DNA of 64,000 nt from Takakia lepidozioides (Eukaryota; Plantae; Bryophyta), in contig CM060731.1 in the NCBI GenBank assembly GCA_030704615.1, positions 1,922,001 through 1,986,000 of the forward strand, in the 5' to 3' direction. Made by a program: the position numbers and the translations under genes. A model generated the notes under the pieces. It saw only the letters and a program-made list of their open reading frames with translations, was not told the origin of the DNA and did no database searches. This document shows, piece after piece, positions 12,725-27,250 of this stretch. Every line of letters starts with the position of its first letter. Within the stretch, counting starts at the first letter, position 1.

Positions 12725-14644
12725 AGCTCAAGTGTAATTCAAGTGTATCCAAGTGCGTCTCCTATGTAGAGGCCGAAGTGCAACCTGAACGAACTTGAAA
12801 TTCGTGTTAGCCGTATTTCATCATTTTTTTTTCCCTTTATACCTCTTGTCGAGGCTCCCACCATTGTCCCAGGAATGCCTACTTTCCTATTTTTTGGGAA
12901 TTTCCAACGACCAAAAGTACTTGAAATTCAACATCTCCCACACCGCCTGTCCAAAAATCATGAGATCAAGTCGGTGCACCCCTCCTCATCAAGGGCTTTC
13001 CAATGGTACCAAGCACCAAGGCTGGGGACCCACGGTTTGGGACATCTCAAATCTACAAAACAAAACAAAACAAAACAAACGTCTCGATTCATATACTGAC
13101 TAGGATAGCCTGTGCCGTTGGTCCAAGTGTCAAGTGTCATCTAAGCCCAAGTGCAATCTCCTATCTATGCAAGTGCGTCTCCTATGTCGAGGCCCAAGTG
13201 CAGCCTCTAGGGTAGCCTCTGCCGTTGGCCCAAGGGTCCAATGTCATCTAAGTCCAAATGCATTTTTTTTCCACAGAGCCTATGACCAGATTTGAACCGG
13301 AGACCTTTCCCTTGATATCTCTCCTCTCGAGGCTCCAACCATTGTCCCAGGAATTCCCACTTTGCTATTTTTCGGGAATTTCCAGCGACCCAAAGTACTT
13401 GAAATTCCACGGCTCCCACACCGCAGGTCCAAAAATCATGAGACCAAGCCCGTGCACCCCTCCTCGTCGAGGGCTTTCCAATGGTACCAAGCACCAGGGC
13501 TGGGCCTGCGCGGTTTGGGACATCTCAAATCTACAAAACAAAACAAAACAAAACAAACGTCTCAATTCATATATTGACTAGGGTAGCCTATGCCGTTGGC
13601 CAATGTCAAGTGTCATCTAAGCCCAAGTGCAATCTCCTATGTATGCAAATGCATCTCCTATGTTGAGGCCCAATGCGACCTCTAGGGTAGCCTCTGCCGT
13701 TGGCCCAAGGGTCCAATGTCATCTAAGTGAAAATGCATTTTTTTTCCAGAGAGCCTACGACCAGATTTGAACCGGAGACATTTCCCTTGATATCTCTCCT
13801 CTCGAGGCTCCAACCAGAATTCCCACTTGCTATTTTTCGGGAATTTCTAGCGACCCAAAGTACTTGAAATTCCACATCTCCCACACCGTAGGTCCAAAAA
13901 TCATGAGACCAAGCCCGTGCACCCCTCCTCGTCCAGGGCTTTCCAATGGTGCCAAGCACCAAGGCTGGGGCCTCGCGGTTGGGGACATCTCAAATCTACA
14001 AAACAAAACAAAACAAACAAAACAAAACACACATCTCGCTTCATATATTGACTAGGGTAGCCTGCATCGCTGGCCCAAGTGTCCAATGTCATCTAAGTCA
14101 TCTAAGTCTAATCATTTTTAACAGAACCTACGACCTGATTTGAACCGGAGACCTTTTCCTTGATATCTCTCATGTCGAGGCTCTGATCATTGGCCCAAGT
14201 GTCAAGTGTCATCTAAGCCCAAGTGCTATCTCCTATGTATGCAAGTGCGTCTCCTATGTCGAGGCCCAAGTGCGACCTCTAGGGTAGCCTCTGCAATTGG
14301 CCCAAGGGTCCAATGTCATCTAAGTCCAAATGCATTTTTTTTCCACAGAGCCTATGACCAGATTTGAACCGTAGACCTTTCCCTTGATATCTCTCCTCTC
14401 GAGGCTCCAACCATTGTCCCAGGAATTCCCACTTTGCTATTTTTCGGGAATTTCCAACGACCCAAAGTACTTGAAATTCCACATCTCTCACACCGCAGGT
14501 CCAAAAATCGTGAGACCAAGCCCGTGCACCCCTCCTCATCGAGGGCTTTCCAACGGTACCAAGCACCAGGGCTGGGGCCTCGCGGTTGGGGACATCTCAA
14601 ATCTACAAAACAAAACAAAACAAACGTCTCGATTCATATATTGA
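12725..14644 (-). mobile_element. Tandem array of non-autonomous Helitron units (~480-590 bp)
   Basis: Minus-strand head-to-tail junctions ...GCCAACGGCACAGGCTACCCTAG|TCAATATATGAA (consensus) at ~13100, 13578, 14052; 5' TC at 14644 is preceded by A. Confidence 0.75.
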
Positions 14645-14705
14645 TATTCAGTTCTTTTCAGATTTATCCCTTTAGTTTTATTATATTCAGTTCCCTTCAT
14701 ATTTA

Positions 14706-15749
14706 CTAGGGTAGCCTGTGCCGTTGGCCCAAGTGTCCAGGGTCTAAGCCCATGTGCAATCTCCTATGTATCCAAATGCGTCTCCTATGTCGAGGCCCAA
14801 GTCGACCTCTACGGTAGCTTGTGCCACTGGCCGATGTGTGAATAATTGAAATCTAAGACCAAGTGCAATTTCCTATGTATCCTAGTGCGTCTCTTATGTC
14901 GAGGCCCATCTAAGCCCAAGTGCAATCTTTTATGTATCCAAGTGCATCTCCCGTGTAGAGGCCCAAGTGTCCACTGTCATTTACACCCAAGTGCAATCTC
15001 CTGTGTATCCAAGTGCGTCTCTTATGTATCCAATGACATCTCCCATGTGCGTCTCCTATGTCGAGGCCCATCTAAGCCCAATGTGTAGTCTTTTATGTAT
15101 CCAAGTGCATCTCCCATGTAGATGCCCGAGTGTCCACTGTCATTTAAGACCAAGTGCAATTTCTTATGTATCCCAGTGCGTCTCTTATGTTGAGGCCCAA
15201 GTGCGACCTCTAGTGTAGCCTATGCCGTTGGCCCATGTGTGAAAAATTGAAATCTAAGCCCAAGTGCAATCTTCTATTCATCTATCCAAGTGCATCTCCT
15301 ATGTAGAGGCCCAAGTGCGACCTCTAGTGTCCACTGCAATCCCCAATATATCCAAAGACCTACAGTTTGGGAGATCTCTATGTCATTGCCCACTATGCTA
15401 TTTTTGCAATCTCCACCGTCGAGGCTTCATATATAGATATATCCACTTTGCTATTTTTTCAAATTTCCAGCGACCAAAAGTATTTGAAATTCCAAATCTC
15501 CCACATGAAGGGCCAATCAGTGCTCCAGGAAAGCCCACTTTGCTATTTTTTGTGAATTTCCAACGACCCAAAGCACTTGAAAATTCCAGATCTCCCACAC
15601 CGCTGGTCCAAAAATCATGAGACCAAGCCGATGCAACCCTCCTCACCGAGAGCTTTCCAACGACACCAAGCACCCGCACTGGGGGCCCGCGGTTTGGGAG
15701 ATCTCAACGACGCTACAAAACAAAACAAACGTCTCGCTTCATATATTGA
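14706..15749 (-). mobile_element. Related non-autonomous Helitron, single copy with internal repeats
   Basis: Minus-strand 5' TC and 3' CTAG; inserted at A^T with no TSD in an AT-rich repeat (…attta^tccctttag). Confidence 0.72.
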
Positions 15750-17411
15750 TCCCTTTAGTTTTCTTTTTTATAATTCTACAGAACAGGGGGATTGTAGACC
15801 TGATTAACTTTATTATAAAATATTTTTGGTGGACAAAAAGCCCTTACAAGTTATTTGGGATTATTCGGGGAAAAAAATTAAAACCCCGGATTACACCATG
15901 GGATGCTGAAGCGTGAGCATGTGAGCGCAGCGACGCTCACGCCACGTCAGCAGTTCATGCCACATAGGTGGCCGCGTCTGACTCCACGTCATCACATCCT
16001 GCCAGCTTGGTAGACGCCACCTCAAGGCAGGTTGACGTCATTTACATAGGCAGCGACCTATAACTGCGGGCCGGAAAGGTAGAAGGGGGCCCATAGCCGC
16101 GGAATTGCGCATTCGGCACAAAGGGAACATACGTGGGCGATGTTGTCGAATGATTGTGTTTGCAGAGACCGAATATACAATGGTTGTGGATGAATTCATG
16201 AGGATGATAGACAGTGAATGTGGATGCCACGCTGCAAATGTGGATGAATGTGGATGAAAAGCTATGGATGAATGTGGATGAAATCTAATGGATGAATGAG
16301 AGTGGATGAATGTGCAATGAGAAAATCCCTCATGAGCACATGATAAGATTTAACCAATGTCTGCCATTTGGGGAAAGGTGGACCGATGAAACCTATGTAG
16401 AATAAGACAACATAGCAGATGCCAGGCACATATTCCATTCTTTGATATTTTCCCACTGGTTACTGGAGCATTTTCCATGTGCAGCACGCTTCACTTTTGT
16501 TTTCCACTTCAGTATCAACACATAGCGAGCCATTTGAGCACCACACTGGAGGAACGCACCATATCACCACACTGAAGTGGCTGTGGACTGTCAATGCGAC
16601 CTGGTCGCCTTGCTAGTGAGGTACAATGTGCCAATATCTCTCGATAGAGCACCAACATTTTCAAGCTTATTCATTAGTTGTAAGCATACCCATTAAAGTT
16701 GCGCATGACGAGTTCGAGGTCTTTCACATTGTGCAACAAAATTTTGACGAAACCACTTGGCAGCACATGCGTACTCTTCCTGTTTGACCCATAACCAATG
16801 TTAGGCATCAGTGTCATGCCCTTCATCTAGCGCTGAAGCCGATAGTGCATACCTACTGTAGCCATAAGGCTTGCACCTAAAACGTTAGCTCATGCAAAAA
16901 TGACAGAGTGATGCGAAATGAAGACATAAATACAGACAAAAGTCATATTTGCAAATGCATACAAGCCTTGAAATTGAGGAACGAGCGTTCAACAACATTA
17001 CCAGGCATGTATGCGGGAATTGTATTACATAAATGTGTGGGAACACAATAGGTGTGGCACTTGCCACATGCCCAGAACCGGACTACATTGACGCATGGTC
17101 TCAATCACTACAACTATCCCCTGAAACTGTGGCACTTTCATCCACGAAAACCTGAGCTCTTTGGTGCCTTTTCTGCTTCCGAGCACACGGGGGAGATTTG
17201 TTCAACAACTGCTGTCGAGCAATGGCCTCAGCGTACTTTGGCAGGATGTACGAACGTGGAGGGCTGCACCAGAAGTCGGACTGAAAAACACAAACGTTGT
17301 GCAAAGGAATAGCTTCCAATATCCTGACAACCAACGTGAACGCAATGCATTAGCGAAATTAGAAGAAAAGGGAATGGTGGGGGGTTGTGTTCAAGAACTA
17401 AGATTCATACA

Positions 17412-20400
17412 GAATTTCAACTTACTCACATGCGAAATCGTCGTCCAGGTCTTTGTTGTCCCCTTCGTTGATATCCACAAGCACTGTACCCTCTTGTTCC
17501 TGGACGGTAGGGGCTGGCCCTTGCAAGCCTGCAATGATGTCATTGAAAATATCTGCATCCCCTTCCATACCAAACAAATGCCTGCCCCTAGCCTTGCAAG
17601 CATGGTACAAAGCGCCTGCGAGATGTTGTACTGTTAGCAAGGTTTTACAAACTCTGCAACAAGAAGAGAACACCAGAGATTGATCGGGGTCTAACCTTCC
17701 CAAGAGTGAGGTCCACGATGCGCGACCCCGGATGAGAGCATGTCTCTATAATTGTCTGAATAAAAGTTGGGCTCTTCTCCTTCGCCCCTCTCCATGGTGT
17801 GGAATTGGACTTTCTCAAACACACATTAGAATCCACGTAGTTGTAGTGAATGTCGTCCACCACAGGATCAAACCTGTCGTTGATAAAAACAACTCCCCCA
17901 TGAAGCCTGAATTTCTTCACTGACGCAAGAGTGGAAGCTGGGCGAATCCTGACGAGGCACACGGCTTCAAAAAGGCGGGTCTGCTCAAAAAGACATCACG
18001 AATTAGATAAGATATGATTCAAAATCCCACTCAGATGAAAGCGATTGCACCCATCCGGAATTGAGTGCGTCAATGCACTCAGTTCCGGAGGGGCCAAATT
18101 GCAGTCAAATTGAAGCAGAAAAGAGAAGGAGGATTACCATTTGTCCTAGGCAGTCACCCTTTGTCAGGTACAGGCTGTTCACACCATTCCACGTTTTGAT
18201 GATCTTCATCCCCGAGGCCTTTAGATAGCTGAATCATCACCAGAACCCCTCCATCTGACAGAAAGAACTTGCAAAAAGAGAAGACCCACCGCCAGTACCT
18301 TTCGTCAAATGCATTCCAGGTTGGGCAAGTGCCAGTGGGGAAAATGTCTGGTACCGCCTGCCCGTCCGGAATGTCAACAATCACCATGTCTGCAGCACAC
18401 GGCTTCTGAGCACCATTCACCCAATCCCGCCCCGACAAAACCTGCAAACAGCGCCGACAAAAATTCAAAACCACATCTAAGATGGGAAATTTGCAACAAT
18501 AAAGGTGGGAATTTTGCAACAGTGAAGATGGGAAATTTGCTTACCGACTCCAAAAAAGCACTCATCTTAATCCACGTTGGAGAGGGATCTCCAGTGTAAC
18601 CACCTTTCCTGGTCTCCATCATGGCAAGGAAGGAGTCGTTCACAAGCTCGCATCTGCATTCTCGGTTGATTCGGGATGGGTGCTCCACTGCGTCGTATGG
18701 CTCAAACCTCCCCTTGCGTTTGCGATCCTTGGTTGCAATTGGGGTCTGGGAACCAACACCTACTGCAGCATCCCCTTGGGCGCTCTTCTCCTTCCTTTTG
18801 TCCTTTGTGCCCTTCCCCTTCCCTCTCGCCAGAGTGTTAGTGGCTGCAGGTTCCTACTCAGCAAGGTTTCGCAGGTTTCTGTCATGCAGTTCCCTGTCTG
18901 TTAGAGGAGCCAAGGACTCCGCATTGTCATTCTGGTTCCATGTCTGCAACTCATACCATGGGCAATCTGATTTGGGTATGTCGAGATACCAGCAGCAGTC
19001 CTTGAGGTGATATCTACCGTAATCCCCGAGGATTGCTGCAGTGTACATGGTATGGCTGTTGGAGGAGTCAGCCCACAAGTTGATGAAGCCTGGGTACTTG
19101 CTGAGGTTGTTCCCAGGAATCAGAACGCTCTTGATATACCTACAGAACAATGCAGGCACAGTATCAGAAAGTGGAGGAGAAACTATATGATGTGTAGCCC
19201 CTGAAATCTGTGTGCGTCAACACACACATTTTTAGGGGTCCAATAAAAGTTGACAAACACGCACACAATGGGAAAACAACTTAATAAATGTCAGAAGACA
19301 ATTGAAGGTAGAGGTCAGACAACAAGAACTCATAACATGAAAAAACAACCAGATAGGCAGCGGGTCTCCAAGAAACGAGCCTACATTGAATGAGACATAG
19401 GGAAAACAGTCCAGAGATTCAACCCTCCAAAAATGCGTACGGTGACGCACGTAATTTTGGAGGGCCATAAAGGAAGAAGATGAACCTGCTTAGTTCAAAT
19501 GACCCACCTGTACAGGACCCTTTTCATGGCTCCCTCGGCTCCGAACTGCTGCTCGAACTCTTTTGTGCGGGATATGCCCCCCTCCCTGGCGAACTCTTTG
19601 AAGAAACAGTTACTCCACGCTGTCGCCTTCCACTGTCTCAAGTAATCCTCTAGAGTATCTTTGGGCAAGGTCATTGTCATCTTGTAAGCATTGAGCTGCT
19701 TCTCTAGCACCTGGTTTGCACGAGCTTCAATCTGTCAAAAGACGCAATCCAAAACGTTAGAGTCCATACCAGGGAAGATCCTTCTGTAAATTCAAGAAAA
19801 GACAGTTCACAAGATTACCTGGCTCCAGTACGTGGCTTTGTGCAGCCATGTATCGAAAACTTGATCGCTGAAGGGCCTGATGTGGCCAGTGTTTTTGTCT
19901 CTTTCCCCCTTTGGGAAGCAATATGTATCCTTCACTGTTGGGTCAGAATTCCAAATCTCCAACCATTTAACTTTCTGTTCGGAATCCACCACTGCAGTTG
20001 ACAAGCGATGTAGCTTTTCCTGTGTCATCTCTGGCTTGGTATTGTTGCTCCAGTGGTTCCTCATCTCGTTCAAGAATTGAGGCCCAAAGGCAGGGTCTGC
20101 TATTCTCAGTTGTTTCACAAAGGCGCTCATGATCTTCTTCCGAGTCTCATTCATCTTTAACTTCATTGCTTCAGCCACTCCCTTTGATGTTCTCATCCCC
20201 TCGAGGGTTTTGAAGCAGTACTCTGCTTTAGCCCTCTCCCCAGCCTCCGCTATCTCTTGCTGCAAAAACCAATCAAAAATCAGATAACAGAATAATTTGA
20301 ATTGTACTAGAAAATGGAAGTTCTTGGTGATGATATACTAACCGTGTACATATATTCCATGAATGCTCCCCTTGTCAGCTTGTACCATGTGTCAGATGTT

Positions 20401-21000
20401 TTGGAGGTCTGGCATTTCGCAAAGGTTTCTGGGCTGAGGATGCTCTTGAATGTGTTGAGGGGCATTTGACCAATATTCTGGATCCTGAAAAGGGTGTGTA
20501 CCAGGTTCGTTGTAACATGGGCAGTTTCAGTTCCCCTGCCACAAGCAGTGGTATGTCATCACATGTTTGATATGATTCCCGAACACATACACTAGGGAAA
20601 GAATCAGGTTATTTCAGGAAAGACACTTACTTGTTCACGTCATGCATTGCTATCAAGAGCGCAATGATGTTTCCCTTGGGATCCAGCACCATGGAGGCCA
20701 CACAATAGTGCCACTCCTCCTCAGTGCTATGATACCTCGATATCATGTTCTGCCAGGCAAACAATCGGTGGTTGCCATCCTAGACATGGAACATCTTGCC
20801 TGAGAAAGGCTGTGTAACAAGCCTCTTGCAAATAATTGATTCAAACTCCTCATTGATGCGTCGCCATATTGGATCCCAGCCTCCAACAATGGTCTCGTCC
20901 ACCAAAACTTCCCTGCCGTTGGCATCGCCCAACGAAACGTAAAACACAGATTGACCCTCTATGTACCCATGGCAAAAATCCTATTCAAGCTTTGCAATGT
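17412..21000 (-). pseudogene. ParB-like + amino-DNA-methyltransferase-like gene of MULE family A (multi-exon, decayed)
   Basis: GKMFHV*DGNHRLFAW (~20750-20800); QEKLHRLSTA; ADMVIVDIPDG; KSPTFIQTIIETCSHPGSRIVDL; GRHLFGME; colinear with the 37-42 kb gene and shares its GT-AG intron positions. Confidence 0.78.
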
Positions 21001-21411
21001 CATTCGTGAGGGCTGGTTGGACAAACAGCATGGGGATCAACGAGACCCATACTCCAGAGAATGTCCTTCAGAACAACCCCAGAAATTGCGTGCGTCAACG
21101 CACGCAATTTCGGTGGGTGCTCTGAAGGGTCACTCGTGGATTTAAGACGATCATTTTGTGCTCACAAAATCGTGGCATTCAGATCTGTTTAGAGCTCTGG
21201 ATGTCCATCACAGCACCCTCCGAAATTGAGTGCGTTGACGCACGCAATTTCTGGGGGTCTCTTAGGGACATGTAGAGCTTGTTGTAGCGGATATCATGCA
21301 GCCCATTTCCCTCTGTTCATGGCTGTAGTTAGAGATGCTCAGTGCAAAACATGGCTTTCAGAGCACCTCTAGAAATTGCGTGCGTTGAAAATTCTGGAGG
21401 TGCTCTGAAGG
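18054..21411. repeat. Family-A dispersed palindromes GAAATTGCGTGCGTCAACGCACGCAATTTC
   Basis: Copies at 18054-18089, ~19204-19232, 21082-21111, 21222-21251; truncated copies at ~21372 and ~23875. Confidence 0.8.
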
Positions 21412-24400
21412 TCCTACTCCAAACACAACCTCCCTTCCTTGTTCAGTGAACAAAAGAAAGGAGTAAAGGAAAAACTAGCAGAACACTCATGTAACTATCA
21501 GAACACTCACCTTGATCTACTGCACTCAACTTTGAAGAGGAAAAGACATGAATGCAGGGCATGAGATTGTGTGCATTGTAGTGTGAATGCAGGGGAGTAA
21601 CAGTGAAATTTTTGTTTGGCATCAGGATTCGGCATTACTACAAAGGGAGAGCCCTGGTGCTAATAACAAGGAGGGAAGTATCCATGCCTACAGTTAAATC
21701 CATGGGCACAATATGCTATTGCGCTGCCAGGACAAAATGTGGCTAAGTCATGAAATGCGCCTTTTTCATCCATAGGATGAATGGCTTTCATCGCTGTGAT
21801 TACCATAGAAACACGGGTCGAGGAAGCTTAGGGCTTGCTGGAGGATAATCGTGCAGGGAACAGCTAGGTAATTTTGCTCAAGCCAGGTGAAGGGAGGCGG
21901 TGCAGTAATCGTTTCATAGTTTTGAAGAGAGGGAGTGCTGCAGGACGATTCATGAAGGGCAAGTAATATCATGTGCTACTGACAGAAGTAATGAAGGCAT
22001 TGAGGCGGTGCTGCCTGTGATTTGACCTCTGAAGATGTAGGAGTTGCGGGGAAAGCAGCTTGGTGGAGGGGCGGCAGTGCCGTCGTTACTCTCATGACCA
22101 CGATGATAGGGAGGATGAACTTGCAAGGGAAACGGCCTGCTGACAGGGAATAGAGAGGTGGGGTTGCTGGCACAATCAAAGGCTAGTTAAAGTGATGGTG
22201 CAGCTCCATCACGACGAGCATCTGCCAGAGGTAGGGAGTGCAAACTACTACTGCCGCCATTGCATTCATGTGCGATTATTGAAAGCTGCACTTGTGGGAG
22301 AAGCAATTGCTGCCAGATGACGGGCAGCAATGGGATTACTGACTTGACCACATGTTGATTGATGCAATCGCCGGCATGAGGGCGTTGGCTTGTGGACAGT
22401 GGTACAGGTTATCTGTAAATAAAGAGGCAAAGGAGTGAAATGTATAGAGCAAGAAGCTTTCAGATGATGACGGTCTGCTTGTTATCATATCAGATCGTAG
22501 GGTAGATTAGCAGAGATGGTAGGATAGGGTAGTTAGTTGGCAAGCGACAAGGTTACTGCCATAGGTTGAAACAGAGCCGTCATGACTCACTGAATGCTTG
22601 AATCGACGAATATCTGAAAGGTGGAGTGGCATAGCGATGACAGGATCTGACATACATAGATCTTTGTTTTTTTACAAACGTGGCATTCAGACGACAAGAG
22701 GAGTTAGGGAGCTGCTGACAGAGATGGTGAGGTGCCATTTCGGGCAGGCAATCCCACTGCTTCAGCTGGAGTATAAGACAGCTAAGTTAATAGAGACGGG
22801 GGGTTTTTTTTTTTACTTAGATAGATGTCGCTGAAATGATTGAAGGCTCTGGAGTTAGTAGAGAGAGTATGAGAACGTTTTGAAAAATGGAATGGAGTGG
22901 TGGCTTGGGCTTCAAACCAGAATGGTGTAGAGAGGATGAGAGATGATGCATGTCTTTGGGGAATGGTGATAGAAGGCAGATGCAGCCATCTACAATCAAT
23001 GCATATATAGTGTTTGTCCTGCTTTGATTTTATGATTCAGCACACTGAATCTGGAGCAAACTGTGCATCAGTGCTTAGAGTTAAACAAGTCTGCAAAATG
23101 AACAGTACAGGGAGATTCACCAAGGGAATCTGTGCACTTGCTACAGGGTAGAAATGAGGGACAGGGTCTGTAACTGTCAGCATTAGGGTATGAGAATGAG
23201 GAGAGATTCTGTTTGGGAGGAGAGAAAAGCTAAGAGATAAGGTGGTGTGTACTTATGATTCCAAGGAGGATTTTTGCGAAAGGTCTCCACTGGATGTGTG
23301 CCTTGGTATATTTGCATTGCATGAAGAGGGGTTGTCTGGTCTAATATGGGCACTTGCATCAGAAAGGGAGAAAACATTGGGAAGAAGAGAGATCTGTTCA
23401 GCAAAAGAATGATGAAGGGAGGGCCAATTGAGAGATAAAGGAAAGACCATGAGTTGCATAGAAATAGCAGACCTGCACTGTATGGTAGATCCATGTTACC
23501 TTGCATTTTCGGTGATTGCATGAGAACAAAGGGGGTTCTAATAGATGCTACATGCAAATGGTGAACTCATAGGCTGTCATTAACCCTCTGGTAAGCTGTT
23601 TTGAGTGACTGTATCAGCATGAAAACTAAGCATGGTGCAAGACAGAACCCTAGTCAGGCCTGTTGCACTATGCAGGGAACACCTTCACTTGTCCCATCCA
23701 TGTCTTCTCTTCCGCTGCGGCGTGGATGAGGGCTTTATGAACTCTGATCATAAACAGCATGGATGTAGCCAACCATGAGAGAGGGAGAACCAGAATACCA
23801 ACAAGACCTTGCACTAAGAACTAGATTAGGATTAGACAGAAGGGGATATATGCCCCCTTCTTTTCACACTACAGCGTCAGCGCACGCAATTTTCATGCCC
23901 TTCAATCTGCACCAAAAGAGAGGAAGGAAGATCATCACCTGTGGTACTTTCGGGGGAGCACTCCCTGATGCCTTGGATGTAGCGGCAGTATCCGCCTGCG
24001 CAGCCTGCTTCCTCTTTGGTGTCGCCTCCTTCTCAACAACACTCTTCCCCTTTGGCGTGGGTTCCTTAGCAACAGCGTCGGGCTCCTCTGTGTCCATATC
24101 CTCTGTGTCGCTCTCTGATGGTGTTTCATCCCCTCCTTGGGCAGCCCCGACCGCCTGGTCCTGCACAGTCATTTGTTCTGTTTCCAGGGCCGAACTCTCC
24201 TCTACTATCTCTTGAAGCGTCAGATCCAGCTTGCGGCCTCTCATTCTCTCTCTAGCCCTCTTCCTCTCTTGCGCTGAGGTGAAAAAAAAAAACCTGCCTT
24301 CTACGCCTACCATTCTCTCTGTGGGAACTCGGTCTCCTGCTAGTCTCCAGCTTGAAAATGAGGATGTGCTGGGCCCAGAGACGTTGTGCGAGGGAATGCC

Positions 24401-24779
24401 GGTGGGGCAACGCTCGCGACAGTTATGCATGGGTTCACCTCACACGTGTCCACGTAGCACGGGAACATTTGTGCATTTGGCACTGGCCGCCGTCACCTCT
24501 TGTGTCCGTATGGCCATACCCTGGATTCGTTGTCCATACATGTGCAAGTTGATTTTGCGCATTGCGGCGGTTCATAACTTCTCATTGGTTCTGCACTCAT
24601 TCTGGCAGCCGTGCTATGAATGCAATGTCTGGGCCCACGTGCCTGAAAACATTTCTCCAACCATTGTATCCAAGATTTTCCGGCTCAGCCGTCTTTTGCA
24701 CTGGATGTGGGCAGGCACATAACTGCTTGACACCTGTTTTAACAACTGTTTACACAACTGTTCTTCAAGAACTCTTTAA

Positions 24780-27250
24780 CTGTCTATCAGGTATTGATGA
24801 ACGAAATCCACGGAAGTCGTGGGCCTCTCCACTTTCGAGCTCCGTCTAGCTCGGAATTATTCGTCTTTCGCCATGGGTTTGTCTGAAGCAGAGTTTTACT
24901 CTGTGGAGAAGCCTGTCCCTTTCTCGAAGGATGCCGACTCCAATGATTACGCAATTGCGCAGGAACATCTCCTGGCAACGCGTTTCGAGTACCAGATTGG
25001 CATTGTTTTCCTCGAAAGAGAGGTTTACGATGTCCATGGGAAGTTGATCAAGTAGTCATTTCAGAAGCCGGATGAAAATTCTCTTGTGAGTCAGTGGAGA
25101 GTGCCTCCAGGAAGATACAGGGTCGTCGGAGGTCCTCGGCGGCAGTCCACTGGTTCGTATGTCTCCCCGAGAATAGCTGCTTTTGTTGCTCAAGAGAAAA
25201 GGAATATCGACGTGAAGACGGAGACCACTACTTCCACCCCAATAGTTGAGCTCTCAGACTCATCCTCCGAGGACGTTCCCTGCATCCCAATTTATGTGCA
25301 AACACTGCCGGTCGTGAAGCCGCAAGTGGCACACCTCATCAATGTCATTCCTAAACTGAAGTCAATGGGAGGAATGCCCGGTTTCCAAAGTGAATTGCGG
25401 GGGATTGACTGGGAGACTGTCCCTATTGAGTGTGTGGAGTTCCTGCTGGATGCTTACGATGGGGATGTTGTCTTCGAGCTACCTCCACCTGGGCGGGATG
25501 GACCCGTCACGAGCCTCATGCAGGGAATGGACAAGAGAGGAGATGGACACCCGTGGTGCAGAACGAAAACATCCATAATTCAAAATCATGACAACCTCGT
25601 CTTCCGGAGAAGCCTGTGCAATGGGCACCTCATGTGCGAGAATTTGAATTGTAGGCATTTCCACCGGTTGAAGGTTCACAACTAGTGCGAGTGGGAGGGT
25701 GTCGCCAAAAATCCATTCAAACCCGGTGAAGCACCTCCAATCTCCAACACTTTCGTTTGAAGGTTCTGCAAACAAACGCCTTCCTGTCTGGCAATGTGTG
25801 CAGCACGTAAGTACTATGTTGTTCACCATTTGAAAAACATGACTAGAGCCTGTGTACATTTCGGATTCCACAACCATCCTGTGGCAAAGGGGGATTTGCA
25901 GGGAGAGTGTTCAAACAATATCGAAGTTGATCAGACAGGAGTACGAGAGCAATCCAACAGCCACCACCTCCGCAATTGTGCTTGGAGCAAGCAAGAGTTT
26001 CATGGAAAGCCATATTATGAGTGTAGGGGACTCTGTGGGCAGGAAGCTGGAGGGGCGTGCCTTGGACAATGTTATGGATCACTTCTCAACCTTGAGCTCA
26101 CCGAACATTAGAAACCAGGTGAATGCATTGAGGATGGGCTCTGCAAACAGAGGGTATATTGATAACATTTTGCAAGACAGCGTGTTCCCATGTTAAGGAT
26201 CCAACAAAGTGTACAATTTCAAAATGTCGACAGCCGGGGAGGGCAGCGGAGTGAGTCTTGTCAAGCGCATGCAAAAGGATGACGATCTACAGAACTGTTT
26301 CCTTATGTTTGATCACGTCAAATGAGTGAAAGACTGGACAACAATGGCGTGTCATGTTTACGATCCTTTCTACTAGCGAGTCATGTCAATTGCAGTGTGT
26401 GACATGCAATCAGAGGATGCGGAGTCGCATCAGCTTATGTGGAGATGTCTCATTCGCGTGATGGCAGCCCATGGTGTCCCATCCCCAAATTTCGCTGGTT
26501 TTATGGCCGATAGTGCTCAAGCAAATTTCAAGCAGTGCCTGCACTCCGGCACCGACCTTCACCGGTTTGTTCCAGCCTTCCGGGCAGCCAGAGGCAAAAA
26601 ACCACAAATTCTGGTTTTGCGCTGACGACTATGGTAGGTGCGTGCATGGGACCGTGCGACCATCAGTGGTCATGAAGCCTCCTCCACCGAGCGTTTGGCC
26701 TGTCAAGGTGGGGACAAATCTCACAAGTCAGGAGATTGCAATGTTGGAGGAGGCAGGGTTCTCCCTTCAACGAGAAGCCTCTGTGCGTGCAAGTGCTTCC
26801 ACTTCAGGAAGTTCTAGAGTGCCACCAGCCAACCCAGATGCATGGCCAACAAAAAGAAATGGGAAGGTAGTACGTCATTTCCCTCCAACTGCCGAGCACT
26901 TCAGCAAGGTGGAATCCGCTCGAATGCTTCTAGGACGTGTTGCAGGCACTACGGAAGTTGCAGATCCCGGGTATGGTCGGATCTACACTATGATGACCTC
27001 TACATCTGCTATCCATGACAGATTCTATGACATCACAGTTTCAAATTTCCCCAACTGCACCTGTCCTGATTTGGTTGGCATGCTTTCAACAAGTTTGGGA
27101 AAGAGAGGCAAATTTGTACCCTGCAAGCATCTTTATTTTATCTTCCTGAACAAAATGATTTGTGATCCCAAATGTGACATCTTCATTCACCAGGCCACCA
27201 TGAGTTTCAACGAGGTGAATACACTTATGCAGCGGGATAGAAGCACATAG
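24780..27250 (+). pseudogene. MULE transposase of family A (GCM-like N-terminus, partial DDE, SWIM), internally deleted
   Basis: DGHPWCRTKTS...CNGHLMCENLNC...RACVHFGFHNHP; MFDHVK; GFMADSAQAN; jump at ~26527 to PAPTF...FWFC; SWIM CTCPD...PCKH. Confidence 0.85.

Noticed and set aside
12795-15916. Repeated short ORFs in the Helitron units
   Set aside because: Occur on both strands of a non-coding repeat with no domain motifs
21500-23800. Possible decayed insertion splitting the family-A ParB-MTase gene
   Set aside because: No recognisable motifs or termini; cannot be classified
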